From positions 186,001 to 250,000 of the forward strand of contig JAMDHS010000025.1 in assembly GCA_029717555.1 (NCBI GenBank): a DNA stretch of 64,000 nucleotides, read 5' to 3'. Shown piece after piece: positions 14,901 through 24,708 of this stretch. Position numbers and translations under genes: made by a program. Position 1 is the stretch's first letter. Each line of letters opens with the position of its first letter. Origin of the DNA: Peribolospora baueri. Its lineage: Eukaryota. The notes beneath the pieces are model-generated. The model was not told the DNA's origin. It saw nothing but the letters and a program-made list of their open reading frames with translations, and did not search any database.

Positions 14901-15609
14901 TCGCCACTGCGCTCGAGATCAAGGCCAGATTGAGGGACAGACTGTCCGACGCTTATAATAGCGGCGATTGGGGTGCACTTAAAGAGCTCGGGGGAAGGGG
15001 AAAGACGAGCGCTTTGGGACGGCTGGTTGATACGGTGGAAATGATCTGGAGGTACCATCGTCAGATGTGGATGAGCATGTACAAGGTGCGTGAGCTCGCC
15101 GTCATGCGTATCCGGATTCTTCACCAGCTTCGCTTGGGTCGCGCTCATCTCCCTCTCTCTCCGGTCACCCTGTTCCCTGTTCACAGCCCTTCGGCTGGGA
15201 GTCCCTTGAACTCCGCTATGGAGGCCTCCGCGCCCGCCTGGACACGATGCACAACCGCATCGCCCGTTTCCTCGACTACATCGATGAGATGGGCGGAGAC
15301 GTGCCTCCGCCGTCGTTGCGCAGGGCCCACCGTCAGCAGGCGGGCGACCCGTCGGCCTCGCGAATCGACGTGGACGTCGACGACGCGCAGGCCAGTCCCG
15401 ATGGCAAGGCGGCCGGCACCGGCGCTGTCCCGGCTGGATCGGTCAAGACGCCTGACGTGTTCCTGGACGTGCGCGGGGCGGCGACGAACGAGGTGTACGA
15501 GGGCAAGGTGACGAGCGTGCCCGAGCTCGAGGAGGAGCTCCAGGTGGCGTACGGGAGCACGGAACAGTTGCTCGATTACGTCAGGGTGTCGAGGCCCCAG
15601 TACTATTGA
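11926..15609 (+). CDS. Glycoside hydrolase family 20 (HEXDC-like beta-N-acetylhexosaminidase), no signal peptide (multi-exon)
   Basis: GTMIDCSRNGVL, LQLYTEDTY, EPFFGYLRGGYT, QTLGHLGQMLQW, IHLGMDE (catalytic DE), MIWSD, LVYWDYY, TIWGDEG. Confidence 0.88.
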
Positions 15610-16415
15610 TGGGTCGTCTGAGCCCAAGTCGAGTAGCGTCGACCTCGGCCTGTCGGTTCAAATCGGTTGGACCGGGCAGGCGCGTCGATGCCGCACGGAC
15701 CTTATCTTTCTTCCTCCTAATCTGGTGGGCGGGCGGCTGGGACGCGCCTGCCTTCTGACGCCGGGCTCCTCATATGGACCGAGGGCGCGCATCTCCTGTT
15801 CGTCTCTTTCGCTCTTGTCTGTCCGCCGAGCTGCCTCATCTCCATCTGAACATCCGTCCTTCGTATGTATGCTACATCTCTTTGGGTAGCTAGACCGCAC
15901 GGGCCGACGGTGCGATGGGTTGCAATACATCAGTCGATGGCGCTTGGTGCCGGGTACACCTAAGCTGCCGCTGATCGATTTGGCCGGCTGGTCGCATGGG
16001 TCGATCAAGGTGGTCCACCGGAGGGCGCAGAAGGAGCATCGCGCGGATACTCTCCTCGAGCCCCACGCTCGAGACGGTCACGGTCAAGCTCCAGGGCAGG
16101 CGGTGACCGGATGTGGACTTGGACGGCCCCCAACCTGGTGGATATATAGACTCCGCGAGACCCGGTCTGCCGCGAATCGTTCCACTGGTCGAGCTGCCTC
16201 TCGTCGCTGGGGTGGAAGCCGCAGCAGGCAGGCCACGGTTGCTCGCCTGCCAAATGGGAGGTCGTCAGAGCTCGAAACGCATGTTTAAGTTCGAAAGAGG
16301 CCTCAGAAGGATCGAGGGCATGGACGTGGACAGTAGGCGGCGGCGCGAAAAAAAACCCCACCGCAACGACGAGAAGGGTTTTATGATAGGCGTAAAATAC
16401 AAGAATAACGTAACA

Positions 16416-16509
16416 GGCAGGATGACCGAGTGGTTAAGGTGCTGCATTCAGGACTTCTGAAGTTGTTCTGCAGTCCGAAAGGGCGTGGGTTCGAATCCCA
16501 CTCCTGTCA
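16416..16509 (+). tRNA. tRNA-Leu(CAG) with a 15-nt intron (16453-16467)
   Basis: Acceptor stem GGCAGGA/TCCTGTC with discriminator A. D-loop GAGTGGTTAA. Anticodon stem CTGCA/TGCAG with TT-CAG-G. Variable arm CCGAAAGG. T-arm GTGGG-TTCGAAT-CCCAC. The intron contains CTGAA, which pairs with the anticodon loop. Confidence 0.95.
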
Positions 16510-16513
16510 TAAC

Positions 16514-16535
16514 TTTTTGGAACTGGAAGTTTTTT
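16514..16535 (+). terminator. RNA polymerase III terminators (T5 then T6) after tRNA-Leu
   Basis: TTTTT at 16514-16518 and TTTTTT at 16530-16535, directly after the tRNA 3' end. Confidence 0.8.
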
Positions 16536-16643
16536 ATGCTTGGCATCCGTGTTGAGTCTGATCGGGCCGCGACGTGTGAGTCTTGTTATCTCCGCTTGTG
16601 TCCGTTTAGCCTCTTTCCTGGAGAGACGCCGGGCGCACCGGCC

Positions 16644-16760
16644 TTCATCGGCAACTGGGTACTCTTCGAACAGGAGCTCCACCACCACGCCGGCACAGTG
16701 TCCATGAAAGCCGGCGTGGTGGTGGAGCTCCTGTTCGAAGAGTACCCAGTTGCCGATGAA
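16644..16760. repeat. Perfect 51-bp inverted repeat with a 15-nt loop
   Basis: 16644-16694 (TTCATCGGCAACTGGGTACTCTTCGAACAGGAGCTCCACCACCACGCCGGC) is the exact reverse complement of 16710-16760. Confidence 0.97.
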
Positions 16761-16880
16761 AGCCGGCGTGTCCTCGTCATTTCCGAAGAGGTAGGGCCCG
16801 AACCAGGAATGGGCTACCGAATCGAAGTACGAGGCCGTGTAGATGACCTTGTTTCTATCAGTCGAAAATCGCTGCGGATT
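16710..16880 (-). pseudogene. Ty3/gypsy retrotransposon Gag-like fragment
   Basis: Hand translation NPQRFSTDRNKVIYTASYFDSVAHSWFGPYLFGNDEDTPAFIGNWVLFEQELHHHAG fits the Retrotrans_gag pattern (PxxFxxDxxKVxYxxSY...AxxWF...WxxFxxEL). No start codon, and an in-frame stop lies ~45 nt upstream. Confidence 0.72.
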
Positions 16881-17065
16881 GAGGGGAAAGATTGGAGTTA
16901 TTGCGCCAACCTGACGTATTATTCATTCACTAAGGAAAATAGGTTTCCGGTTGTAAATCTGCGTTGCCCGGTACAAAAAGCCCTAGCAAGGGAAGGAGAG
17001 GGGCAATGGATGCAAGAGGAGATGACCGGACCCACACGTGGCTAGCCGATAAGATTCCACAAGTG

Positions 17066-17706
17066 TGTGGGATTCTAGTGTACTGGTCCGGTCATCTCCG
17101 CTTGTGAAGTTGAGTTTTATATTCAGCAGACGTCAAGACCGGCCGATAGCCGACAGAACAGCACGCCTCCGACCGGGTCAAGTAGGCATCGAAGAATAAG
17201 GCCTGATCAGCCTACTGCAAGATGAACCATCCTCGTAACGACGAGATTGACCCGATGGACGGTCAGACTCCGCGGCTGGCTGACATGATGGAGGGTCAGA
17301 CCCCCCGGCCAGCAACGGCTCCCGTTCCGCGAGCCGGCCGCGCACATGGAGACCGCCGACCAACGTTGGGATGTGTGACCGACGCCATAACAGCGTTCAT
17401 CTGTGTCATCATCATGCTCATCCGCGCCTCCCAACGTTGGTCGGCGGTCTCCGTGTGCGCGGCCGGCTCCGGAACGGGAGCCGTTGCTGGCCGCGAGGTT
17501 TGACCGTCCATCGGATCGCTCTCGTTGTTACGAAGATGGTTCATCTTCATCTTCCAGTAGGCTGAGCAGGCCTTATTCTTGGATGCCTACTCGACCCGGT
17601 CGGAGGCGTGCTGTTCTGTCGGCTATCGGCCGGTCTTGACGTCTGCTGAATATAAAACTCAACTTCACAAGCGGAGATGACCGGACCAGTGGACTAGAAG
17701 CCCACA
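17066..17706. repeat. Element B: ~640-bp foldback (arms 17066-17371 and 17429-17706, 57-nt loop) with TGTGGG...CCCACA ends
   Basis: The arms are reverse complements with scattered substitutions and indels of 33, 6 and 1 bp. 17082-17179 pairs perfectly with 17593-17690 (98 bp). Confidence 0.95.
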
Positions 17707-17881
17707 GCGGTCAGATCGCGTGCATTTGTTCAGATCAAGTAGCGAGGGACAAGCACGACAGCGTTTGTTATAGTCGACATGGTATCGGTCGGATCTCTGG
17801 CATAGGATGGAGAGCGGGAGATATGTATAGCGGACACACGGACAGCAGAGATTACGGAGAAAACGACAGCGAATACAGGCG

Positions 17882-20800
17882 TCACGACGCCCGAGGCGGG
17901 ACTCGGAACACCTTGAGAACGCCAGACCGGAGGTCGTCTGTCATGGAAGGATGGCGGTCAGCACGTCGCACATGTCCGCCACGCCGACGCCCTGAAACTC
18001 ACCGAGCCGGTAGCTGACCTCTTCAGCCGCGTGCGCGTGCCTACCGCCGGCCCTTTGGGGCGACTGCAACACTCTCAACTTGCGCTTCTTGCCGTCGTTC
18101 TCCACCACGACGCCGGCTTGGGGCGTCGAGGCAGTGCCGAATTGCTGGTGGTATGGTGCCAGTCTAAAGGAGGAAAAGAGTGTGAGCGCTGCGCAAAGAA
18201 ACCCTAATACTCGTACTCACCCTTTCTTTCCCTTCAAATCCGCTCCGAATGCGAGCAACACATCCCCTGGCCGGACCTCATCCGTGTGGTTGGTAACACT
18301 GGGCCCCACTTGTTCGAAAACGGGCACGCCGAGGCTCTGCGCGGCCGACGGGTGAACGTGGGGCACGGAGCGGAGGGTGGCTAACACGAACGCAATGGCG
18401 GCGTCTGGTCCCGTTTCCTGAAAAAGGTCCGAGGCGGGCCTCTGCGCGAGGCTCTGCGCGGAACGGACAATGTCGCCGGCCAGGAAGCTGGACCATTGTC
18501 GGAGTTGGTCGGCCGACGGAGGACCAGAGGGAGGCGCGACGGGCGCGGAGGGCTGCTGCGACTGAGGGGCGACAGGAACGTCTTGTGCAGCATGAGGGTC
18601 GCCGAACGATGCCGGCGACTTGTCGGGGACAGCCGGCGGTATGTCAACGCTGTGCTCTTCCACGTGTGCCGGCAGCTCGTCCGGTTCGTCTTTTGGGCTT
18701 GCAAACGGCTGGGGTTGGCCTGCTGCCGGTGGCGGCCTGTTAGGCCTTGCCGGTAAGTTCCTCGACGGAGGTGAGGCCGTCCAGGCCGTCGTATCGCTAA
18801 AACCGGTACTCGAGTCGGTGGCCTCGAAGCCTTCGTCCATGTCGTCCACGGAAACGTCGCGTGACCGCCCGCCTCCCGAAGCCACACTGGCGCGTTGGCT
18901 GTACAGACCTTGGGGAACAGGTGGACGCTTGGAAGGAGGGGCAGGGGCGGGGGCGGCGACGGGAGCGACAGCCGCCGTCTCTATCCCCTTAGAGTCTTCG
19001 GTGGATCGCACGTTCTCGCCGCCCGTGGGCGAGACGGGTGGGAGGGAACGCTTCGGCGCCGGCGCTGGAGGCCTCGCCGACGGACGAGGTGGAGCCGCGG
19101 GCGCATCGTCCTCGCTGGCCAGTTCAACATCCTCATTCAACTGCACCGACTCTACTTGAGCGGCGCCGGGAGGCGACTTGGTTCTGGAAGGCATCCCAGG
19201 GATGGGAACCGCCGGCAGACCGAAGATGGGCACGGCGCCAGCGGGCAAGCCGGGAATCCGCCTCGACGGGGGAGCAGGATGATGAGCGCTCTCTTCTTCA
19301 TTCGGGCTCGCCTCTTCCACATCTTCCACAGGGACGCGACGCTCAGGCTCATCCTCGGGATCCGCCGTCGTCGCGCCGTACGTCACGTCCTCGTCGCAAG
19401 TGCTTCTGCTGGCAGGAGCCATCGGCCTCCCGGCAGGAGAAGAGGGCTGCTCGGCCTCCGTCGCCGCCGCCATCGCAGGCTTCGACCTCGGCTTTCCCGG
19501 AACATGCCCGCCGAAGAGGGGACCGCCCATCCTCTGTCCACCGAGAGCGGCCATACGCTTCGCGATGGCGGCCCGACGGGCTGCTTCCATCTCCTCCTCC
19601 GTCTGCGGCTGCTCTTGCTCCTCTTTCACCTCGGTTTCTTGGGCGGGGTCTTTTCCAGAGAGGGAAGTGTCCGGGGCCGTTACTCCGGCAGGTTCAACGG
19701 GCTCAGCGACGGCTTGAATGGAATCCTTTGCCCCATCTTCCGTCGCTCCGGACGGTGCATCGCTCTCCTGCATAGTCGAGAGATCACGGTGAACATGTCC
19801 TGGACCCTCGACGGGTTCAACGGGTTCCTCCGCCTCCCCGTCAGAGTCCGCACCAGCGGTCACAGTACCAGCCATCGGAATGAGATCAGCCGCCGGCATG
19901 GGAATGGGGACATTCACGTTCGTGGGCTTAGCGACTGGCGCATCCTCGATGGGGGGTTTATCGGAGGACAGTTCACGCTGCGGTTGGACGGGTTCCGCGT
20001 GGGCGTGCGTCGCCGTGAGTTCAGTCGCGCGCGTGACAGGAGACATCGTATCGGCAGTGCTCGGCTGCTCCATTTGCTCAGTCGAGCTCGCTGGTGCCAA
20101 CTCGGAAGCGCCTCCAGCTGTACCACTTTCAGACGAAAACGGTTTCGTCTCGTCCTTGACATCCGGATGGGCGGAAGACTCCACTGGCGGCGTCTCTTCT
20201 TGCCTGAAAGTGGCCCCCTCCCCACCGATTTCCACCTCGCCGCGTTTGCTATCCGTCGGATCAGAGGGCTCGACGGACTCCTCCGCGACGCTCTCCGCCG
20301 CGGGAGTCCGCGACGGCGGCTCCGAAGGGAACTCTTTGTCCTCCACCGCTGGGGTGCCCGAGGCGAGGAGACCGAGCGAGGCAGGGTCGTAGAATGCCTC
20401 AGAAGAACTAGTCTGTTCGACGGCGACCACGGATTCATCCTTCGGAGTGGCGGCGTCAGCGCTCTTCACTTCCGTCGCGGAGGGTGAAGGGCGCAGCCGT
20501 CGAGGTGGGGCGGTGCGACGTGGCAGAGGCTTCAGCGGTCCGGTCGATGCGGGAGAGGACGATTCGGGAGACGCGCTCGAGGGAGACAGGCCAGACTCGG
20601 TGCTGCCCTCGGCGGCAGAAGCTTGGCGCTCGTCCGATACATCTTCTTTGCCAGCCTCGGTGCTCGCCGCCCTTGGCGGCCGCGGGGGAGCGGGCGCAGG
20701 CGCGGGCGCAAACACGGGTCCACCCATCCTCCGCCCTCCCAAAGCGGCCATGCGTTTGGCGATCGCGGCGCGGCGAGCTTGCTCGGCCTCTTCTTCCGTC

Positions 20801-22455
20801 TGCTCTTGGCTCGCGGTGTCTCCGACACCCGCGTCTTGAGTCTCGCCTTCCGCGCGGAGCGAGAGAGGTTCGATGGACGACTCGCTCGGGGGAGAAGCAG
20901 CCTCCTGCGAATGCGACGACGGGCTCAATGTCGCGCTCTCACCCTCCGGCGGAGCCTCGCCGCCGTCGGCCGTGATGCTGGTCCGAGAGTCGCTCGAAGC
21001 CTTGCGCGCGGGCTTGGGCGGCGCGGACGCGCCGAGTCCAATGGCACCAACGGCGATGCCGCGACGTTCCACGGACAGCTTTCCGGGCACGGGAGGTCTC
21101 TCCTTGGCCGTAGTTGAGCTGGTTTCCTTCCTGTCACCCTCGTCATCCTCCTTAGGCTGGCCCCTAGACAAGGCCGCGATGCGATCCCTCAAGCTGCCAA
21201 CTTTGACGGCGCTTCGAGCATCAGCGGCGGACATGCCGCTCTCCCTCTTCTTGTCTTCGCTGTCGGCGTCCGCGCTCACCGATGACGGAGCAGCCCCGGG
21301 GAAACCTCGACGGACGAAACCGCCGCCGGAAGGCTTGCCACGCGGCAAAGGTGGAGGAGCGGCGTCGGCGGGCTTGTTGAAAGCGGCGATGCGGTCCCGG
21401 AGCTGTAACAACGCGAACGATAAAAATTTAGCTAAGAGGTTCGGAGATCCCGTATCTCAACTCAAACGGCGCTCACGGAATTAGGCTTGGACGGCGGAGG
21501 TGGTTTCTGCATGTTCGAAGCGGCAGGCGTGGAGAGCACGAAAGACGTCGTCAGCATGCTCTTCTCGCGTGACACAATTGCTCTAGTCGCTCACGGGCTT
21601 TGCGTCTGTCGGTGGTGACGTCGGCTTCGGCTCTTCTTGCTTCAGTGGCTCTGGCTCCTTTGATTCTAGCTCTTTTGACTCTTGCTCCTTTGGCTCTTGC
21701 TCCTTTGACTCTTGCTCCTTTGGCTCCAGCTCCTTTATCTCTTGCTCCTTCGGCTCCGGCTCCTTTGACTCTGGCTCCACGGGCTGGGGCTCATCTGCTA
21801 CCGGCACTGGACCAGGAATCGTTTGCGCTTCGACGTTGGGCAAGGTGGACGAGCCCTCCTCAGTCGCAGCAGACGCAATGGCCGAATCCGACCCGGAACC
21901 CTCAGCGGTCGCCGACGTGGGGTCAGCTTGGACATCCGAGCTCGCGCTTGCCATCGCCGGTTCCGCCGTAGGACCTTCCAACTCGCCTGGGGGGGCGTCG
22001 GGTGAGACAGGCGAGACCTGGGGTGGAGCGGCGGTCAAAGGCTCGGTCGCTTGATGTTCGGAGCTCGGAGCGCCCAACGCAGCCTGGGGTTGCTCTTGCT
22101 CCTCCACCGACCTTTCCGCTTCCGCCTCAGCAGCGAGCGGCGCCGGCGTGTCAGCATTGGTCTCTTCTGGATGTCCGGACGCCGGAGCTGGAGGCGGGGC
22201 AGCGTCACCTTCAATCCTTCTGACAAAGCCGGCGGGAAAGGTGCCCTTCCTGGTGCCGTCCAAGCTCTCTCCTACGAGCCAGTCGTCATCGTCATCGTCG
22301 TCCTCGTCGCCAGCCTCTTTCGCCTGCTTGGCGAGCGACAAGACGCGAATGGTATCGTTCTTGGCAAAGACAAGGTCGCCGGCGTGAGGAGACCTGTATT
22401 TCATCGCGGCGACAGCGAGGTAAGGGAAGGTGCTATGCCCTGCCTGCGCGGCCAT
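17882..22455 (-). CDS. SH3-domain, Pro/Glu-rich actin-patch protein, Bbc1/Mti1-like (multi-exon)
   Basis: N-terminal SH3 (AAMKYRSPHAGDLVFAKNDTIRV...DWLVGE...GTFPAGFV). Repeated 'LRDRIAA' and 'RRAAIAKRMAALGG' motifs. C-terminal domain EVRPGDVLL...GKKG|...KKRKLRV...SYRL|DDLRSGVLKVFRV. Confidence 0.8.
21640..21780 (-). repeat. 15-bp coding tandem repeat (E-x-E-x-K pentapeptide, ~9 copies) in the SH3 protein
   Basis: EPESK EPEPK EQEIK ELEPK EQESK EQEPK EQESK ELESK EPEPL. Confidence 0.9.
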
Positions 22456-22908
22456 GACGGCGGGGGGGGTGGAGTATGTGCTTAATGCGGTCGATCGTGC
22501 GGGTACGGAGTGCAGGTTGGGAGGCGAGCAAGTAAAGAAACGACGAAGAGAGGAGCTACGCAGAGTAGGACGTGCGCACGAAAGCAGTGTGCTCGCGCTC
22601 CGTCCGTCGTCGTCGTCGTCGTTGTTCGTCTCGTCCGTGCGCTCGTCGTCGCTACGTCGTCGGCTGGAGGGGCGCCGGGAGCCGGTGATGTAACTTGCCG
22701 CAGTAGGCGCGGGAACATCAGGGCCGAGGGAAGCTCACTATAAATAGGTCGAAATGAGCTTTCGAGGGGTATTACAAAAGTCAATTTGACCTTGGTTCCC
22801 GATCTCGATGACGTCTGTCGGCCGACGACGTCGTAAAACCCTTTCTCGTCGCCTCCAGCTCGACAGTTCGGCTCACAACTGCGCCGGCTCTCTCCTTAGA
22901 GCAAAGCT

Positions 22909-23640
22909 ATGCCCTCCCTCCGGGAGCAGTTGCGCTCGCTCGGCGCCGTCGAGCTGGAAAACACCGTGCGTGGCTTTGCAATCGCCCGGCTAGCTCGCTG
23001 TGCGCTTTGTCTCCCGTCCGTGTCGTCTCCTCACCCTTGCTCGCATCCTCCCTTGAACAGGGCAGCGTCGCTCGAGACCATCTCGCCAACGAACGCACCT
23101 TTCTAGCATGGCTTCGCACATCCTTGTCTATGGCTTCCTTGGGCATCGGTGCGTCTTCGTCAAATCGACTCCGAGAGGGATGGATGGGATTTCCATCCGG
23201 ACCCTCACTCACCCTTCCTTCGCTTTTCCGTCTCGCCGCTCATCCCCAATCTCAGCCATCACCCAACTCTTCAAGATCGCCGCCGTATCCTCTGCTGATA
23301 CTGGACCGCGCGAGCGCATGACTTTGGCGGAGGCCAAGGGCGTCGGAGGCGCGTTCATCGGGTCAGGAATGCTGATCATGCTCGTCGGTGCGTGTCCCCG
23401 CCGCTCATGGCGTGGCGCTCTCGCCAAGTGCGTAGATCCCTCGTAACCTGTTCGACTTTGCTCATGTTTCTGCGACACGCCCTCAAAGGTTCCTTCCGCT
23501 ACTTCAGCGTCCAAACCCACCTAATGCGCGGCGTCTTTCCTCCCTCTCGCCTCGCCGTGGCCGTGTCGGGGTTCTTCGTCGGGGCGGTCATCATCGCTGG
23601 TTTTGCCGTCGTCATGGCAAGGAGGTTACGGGTCGGTTGA
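22909..23640 (+). CDS. DUF202 (YidH-like) small membrane protein (4 exons)
   Basis: ELENT|GSVARDHLANERTFLAWLRTSLS signature and three hydrophobic segments. TATAAAT at 22739. Confidence 0.88.
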
Positions 23641-24708
23641 AGGGTAGCACCCTACTGTGGTGGATGTAGAGGATGAGGGCGGGTAAGGATTCGGGCTTTC
23701 AAGTATTGTACATTGTACGGTTTGGACGGGCCGAGTCTCGAGAGTGCTGAGGTCGGGAGACGAAATCGTCAGTGGTGTCTGTATGTCATCTTAATCTCTT
23801 GGCATGTATCACTAGCTTCTCTACACGCTGGATATCGTCTCAATATTCCATTGCAGCAAGCTTCTCAACCCACATAGCGGCTGGCGCCAAAACCAGATCC
23901 GCTGGCATCAACGCTGCAGCGTCCCAGCCAACCCTACGTCGCGACTTGCTCCTTTTATCTTGGACGACTCCGACTTCACCCCAGAATCGGAACCGGTCAC
24001 ACTGTCCCTGAGCCATCGGGCTCACTCAACAACGGACGATCATCCTCGCGCGCACTCCACTTCTGATCCGGTTTCTCGTGTGGAGGAAAACGCCTCCGCT
24101 AGTGGGCGCCCTTCAAAGGAGTTAGCCAGCCCTCTCTCCACGTCCTCCGTATCGAATGTCTTGGAGTGTGCTCACCTGCGCTTCTCGCTCTCCATACCCC
24201 ACCCGTACGAGGGGAAAACCTTTGCAAGTTTCGCCAACATCTCGGCGGCACCCTTTAAAGACACGCTCGATGGCGCCGAGCCCTAAGGCCCGTTGCACGA
24301 GGCGAGCTGGGGAGGTTCGCTCCGACATCAACGTCGCCTCTTCCATGCCGCATACTCAAAGGGCGACCAGAACCTGCACGGGAAGGCGTCCCGTTGGTCT
24401 GTGTAAGACTACTGTGAGGTCGCAGGCGTTTTGGAGAGTACCAAAAATGAGCCGGACGGATGAGATCCAGTGTCGCCTTCGCCCCGTCTTCTCGTAACCC
24501 TAACCCCAGGCGCCGTCACGAGCTTCGAGTGGGGTAAATAAATAACGGTGGGGCGGAAATGACGGCGCCTCGTCCTATCACTCCGCATAGTCGACGTCGA
24601 AAGGCGCCCGGCTAAACTGATTGCCCGCCCGCAGGTCTTTTGTGCACGGACAGAAGGGAGTCACCATGCTCACCGTCTCCTCCCTCCCACTACGACCACC
24701 CTCACACC

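Larger units (their letters stand above)
16550..17061. mobile_element. Element A: TGT...ACA-bounded segment with imperfect ~55-bp terminal inverted repeats, carrying a gag-like fragment and an internal hairpin
   Basis: The left end TGTTGAGTCTGATCGGGCCGCGACGTGTGAGTCTTGTTATCTCCGCTTGTGTCC aligns without gaps to the reverse complement of the right end, TGTGGAATCTTATCGGCTAGCCACGTGTGGGTCCGGTCATCTCCTCTTGCATCC. Confidence 0.6.

Noticed and set aside
16416..16509. tRNA-Sec (TCA) or CUG-reassigning tRNA-Ser
   Set aside because: The stem register places CAG as the anticodon after U33, and the discriminator is A, both consistent with an ordinary Leu tRNA.
16485..17045. 186-aa plus-strand ORF spanning the tRNA end and element A
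   Set aside because: It starts inside the tRNA and is largely the antisense shadow of the gag-like fragment, with no recognisable protein features of its own.
16550..17706. CRISPR-like array or autonomous transposon
   Set aside because: There are no regularly spaced direct repeats, no transposase/RT/integrase ORF and no matching TSD, and the context is eukaryotic.
18895..20487. 530-aa plus-strand Arg-rich ORF
   Set aside because: Antisense to the GC-rich SH3 gene exon.
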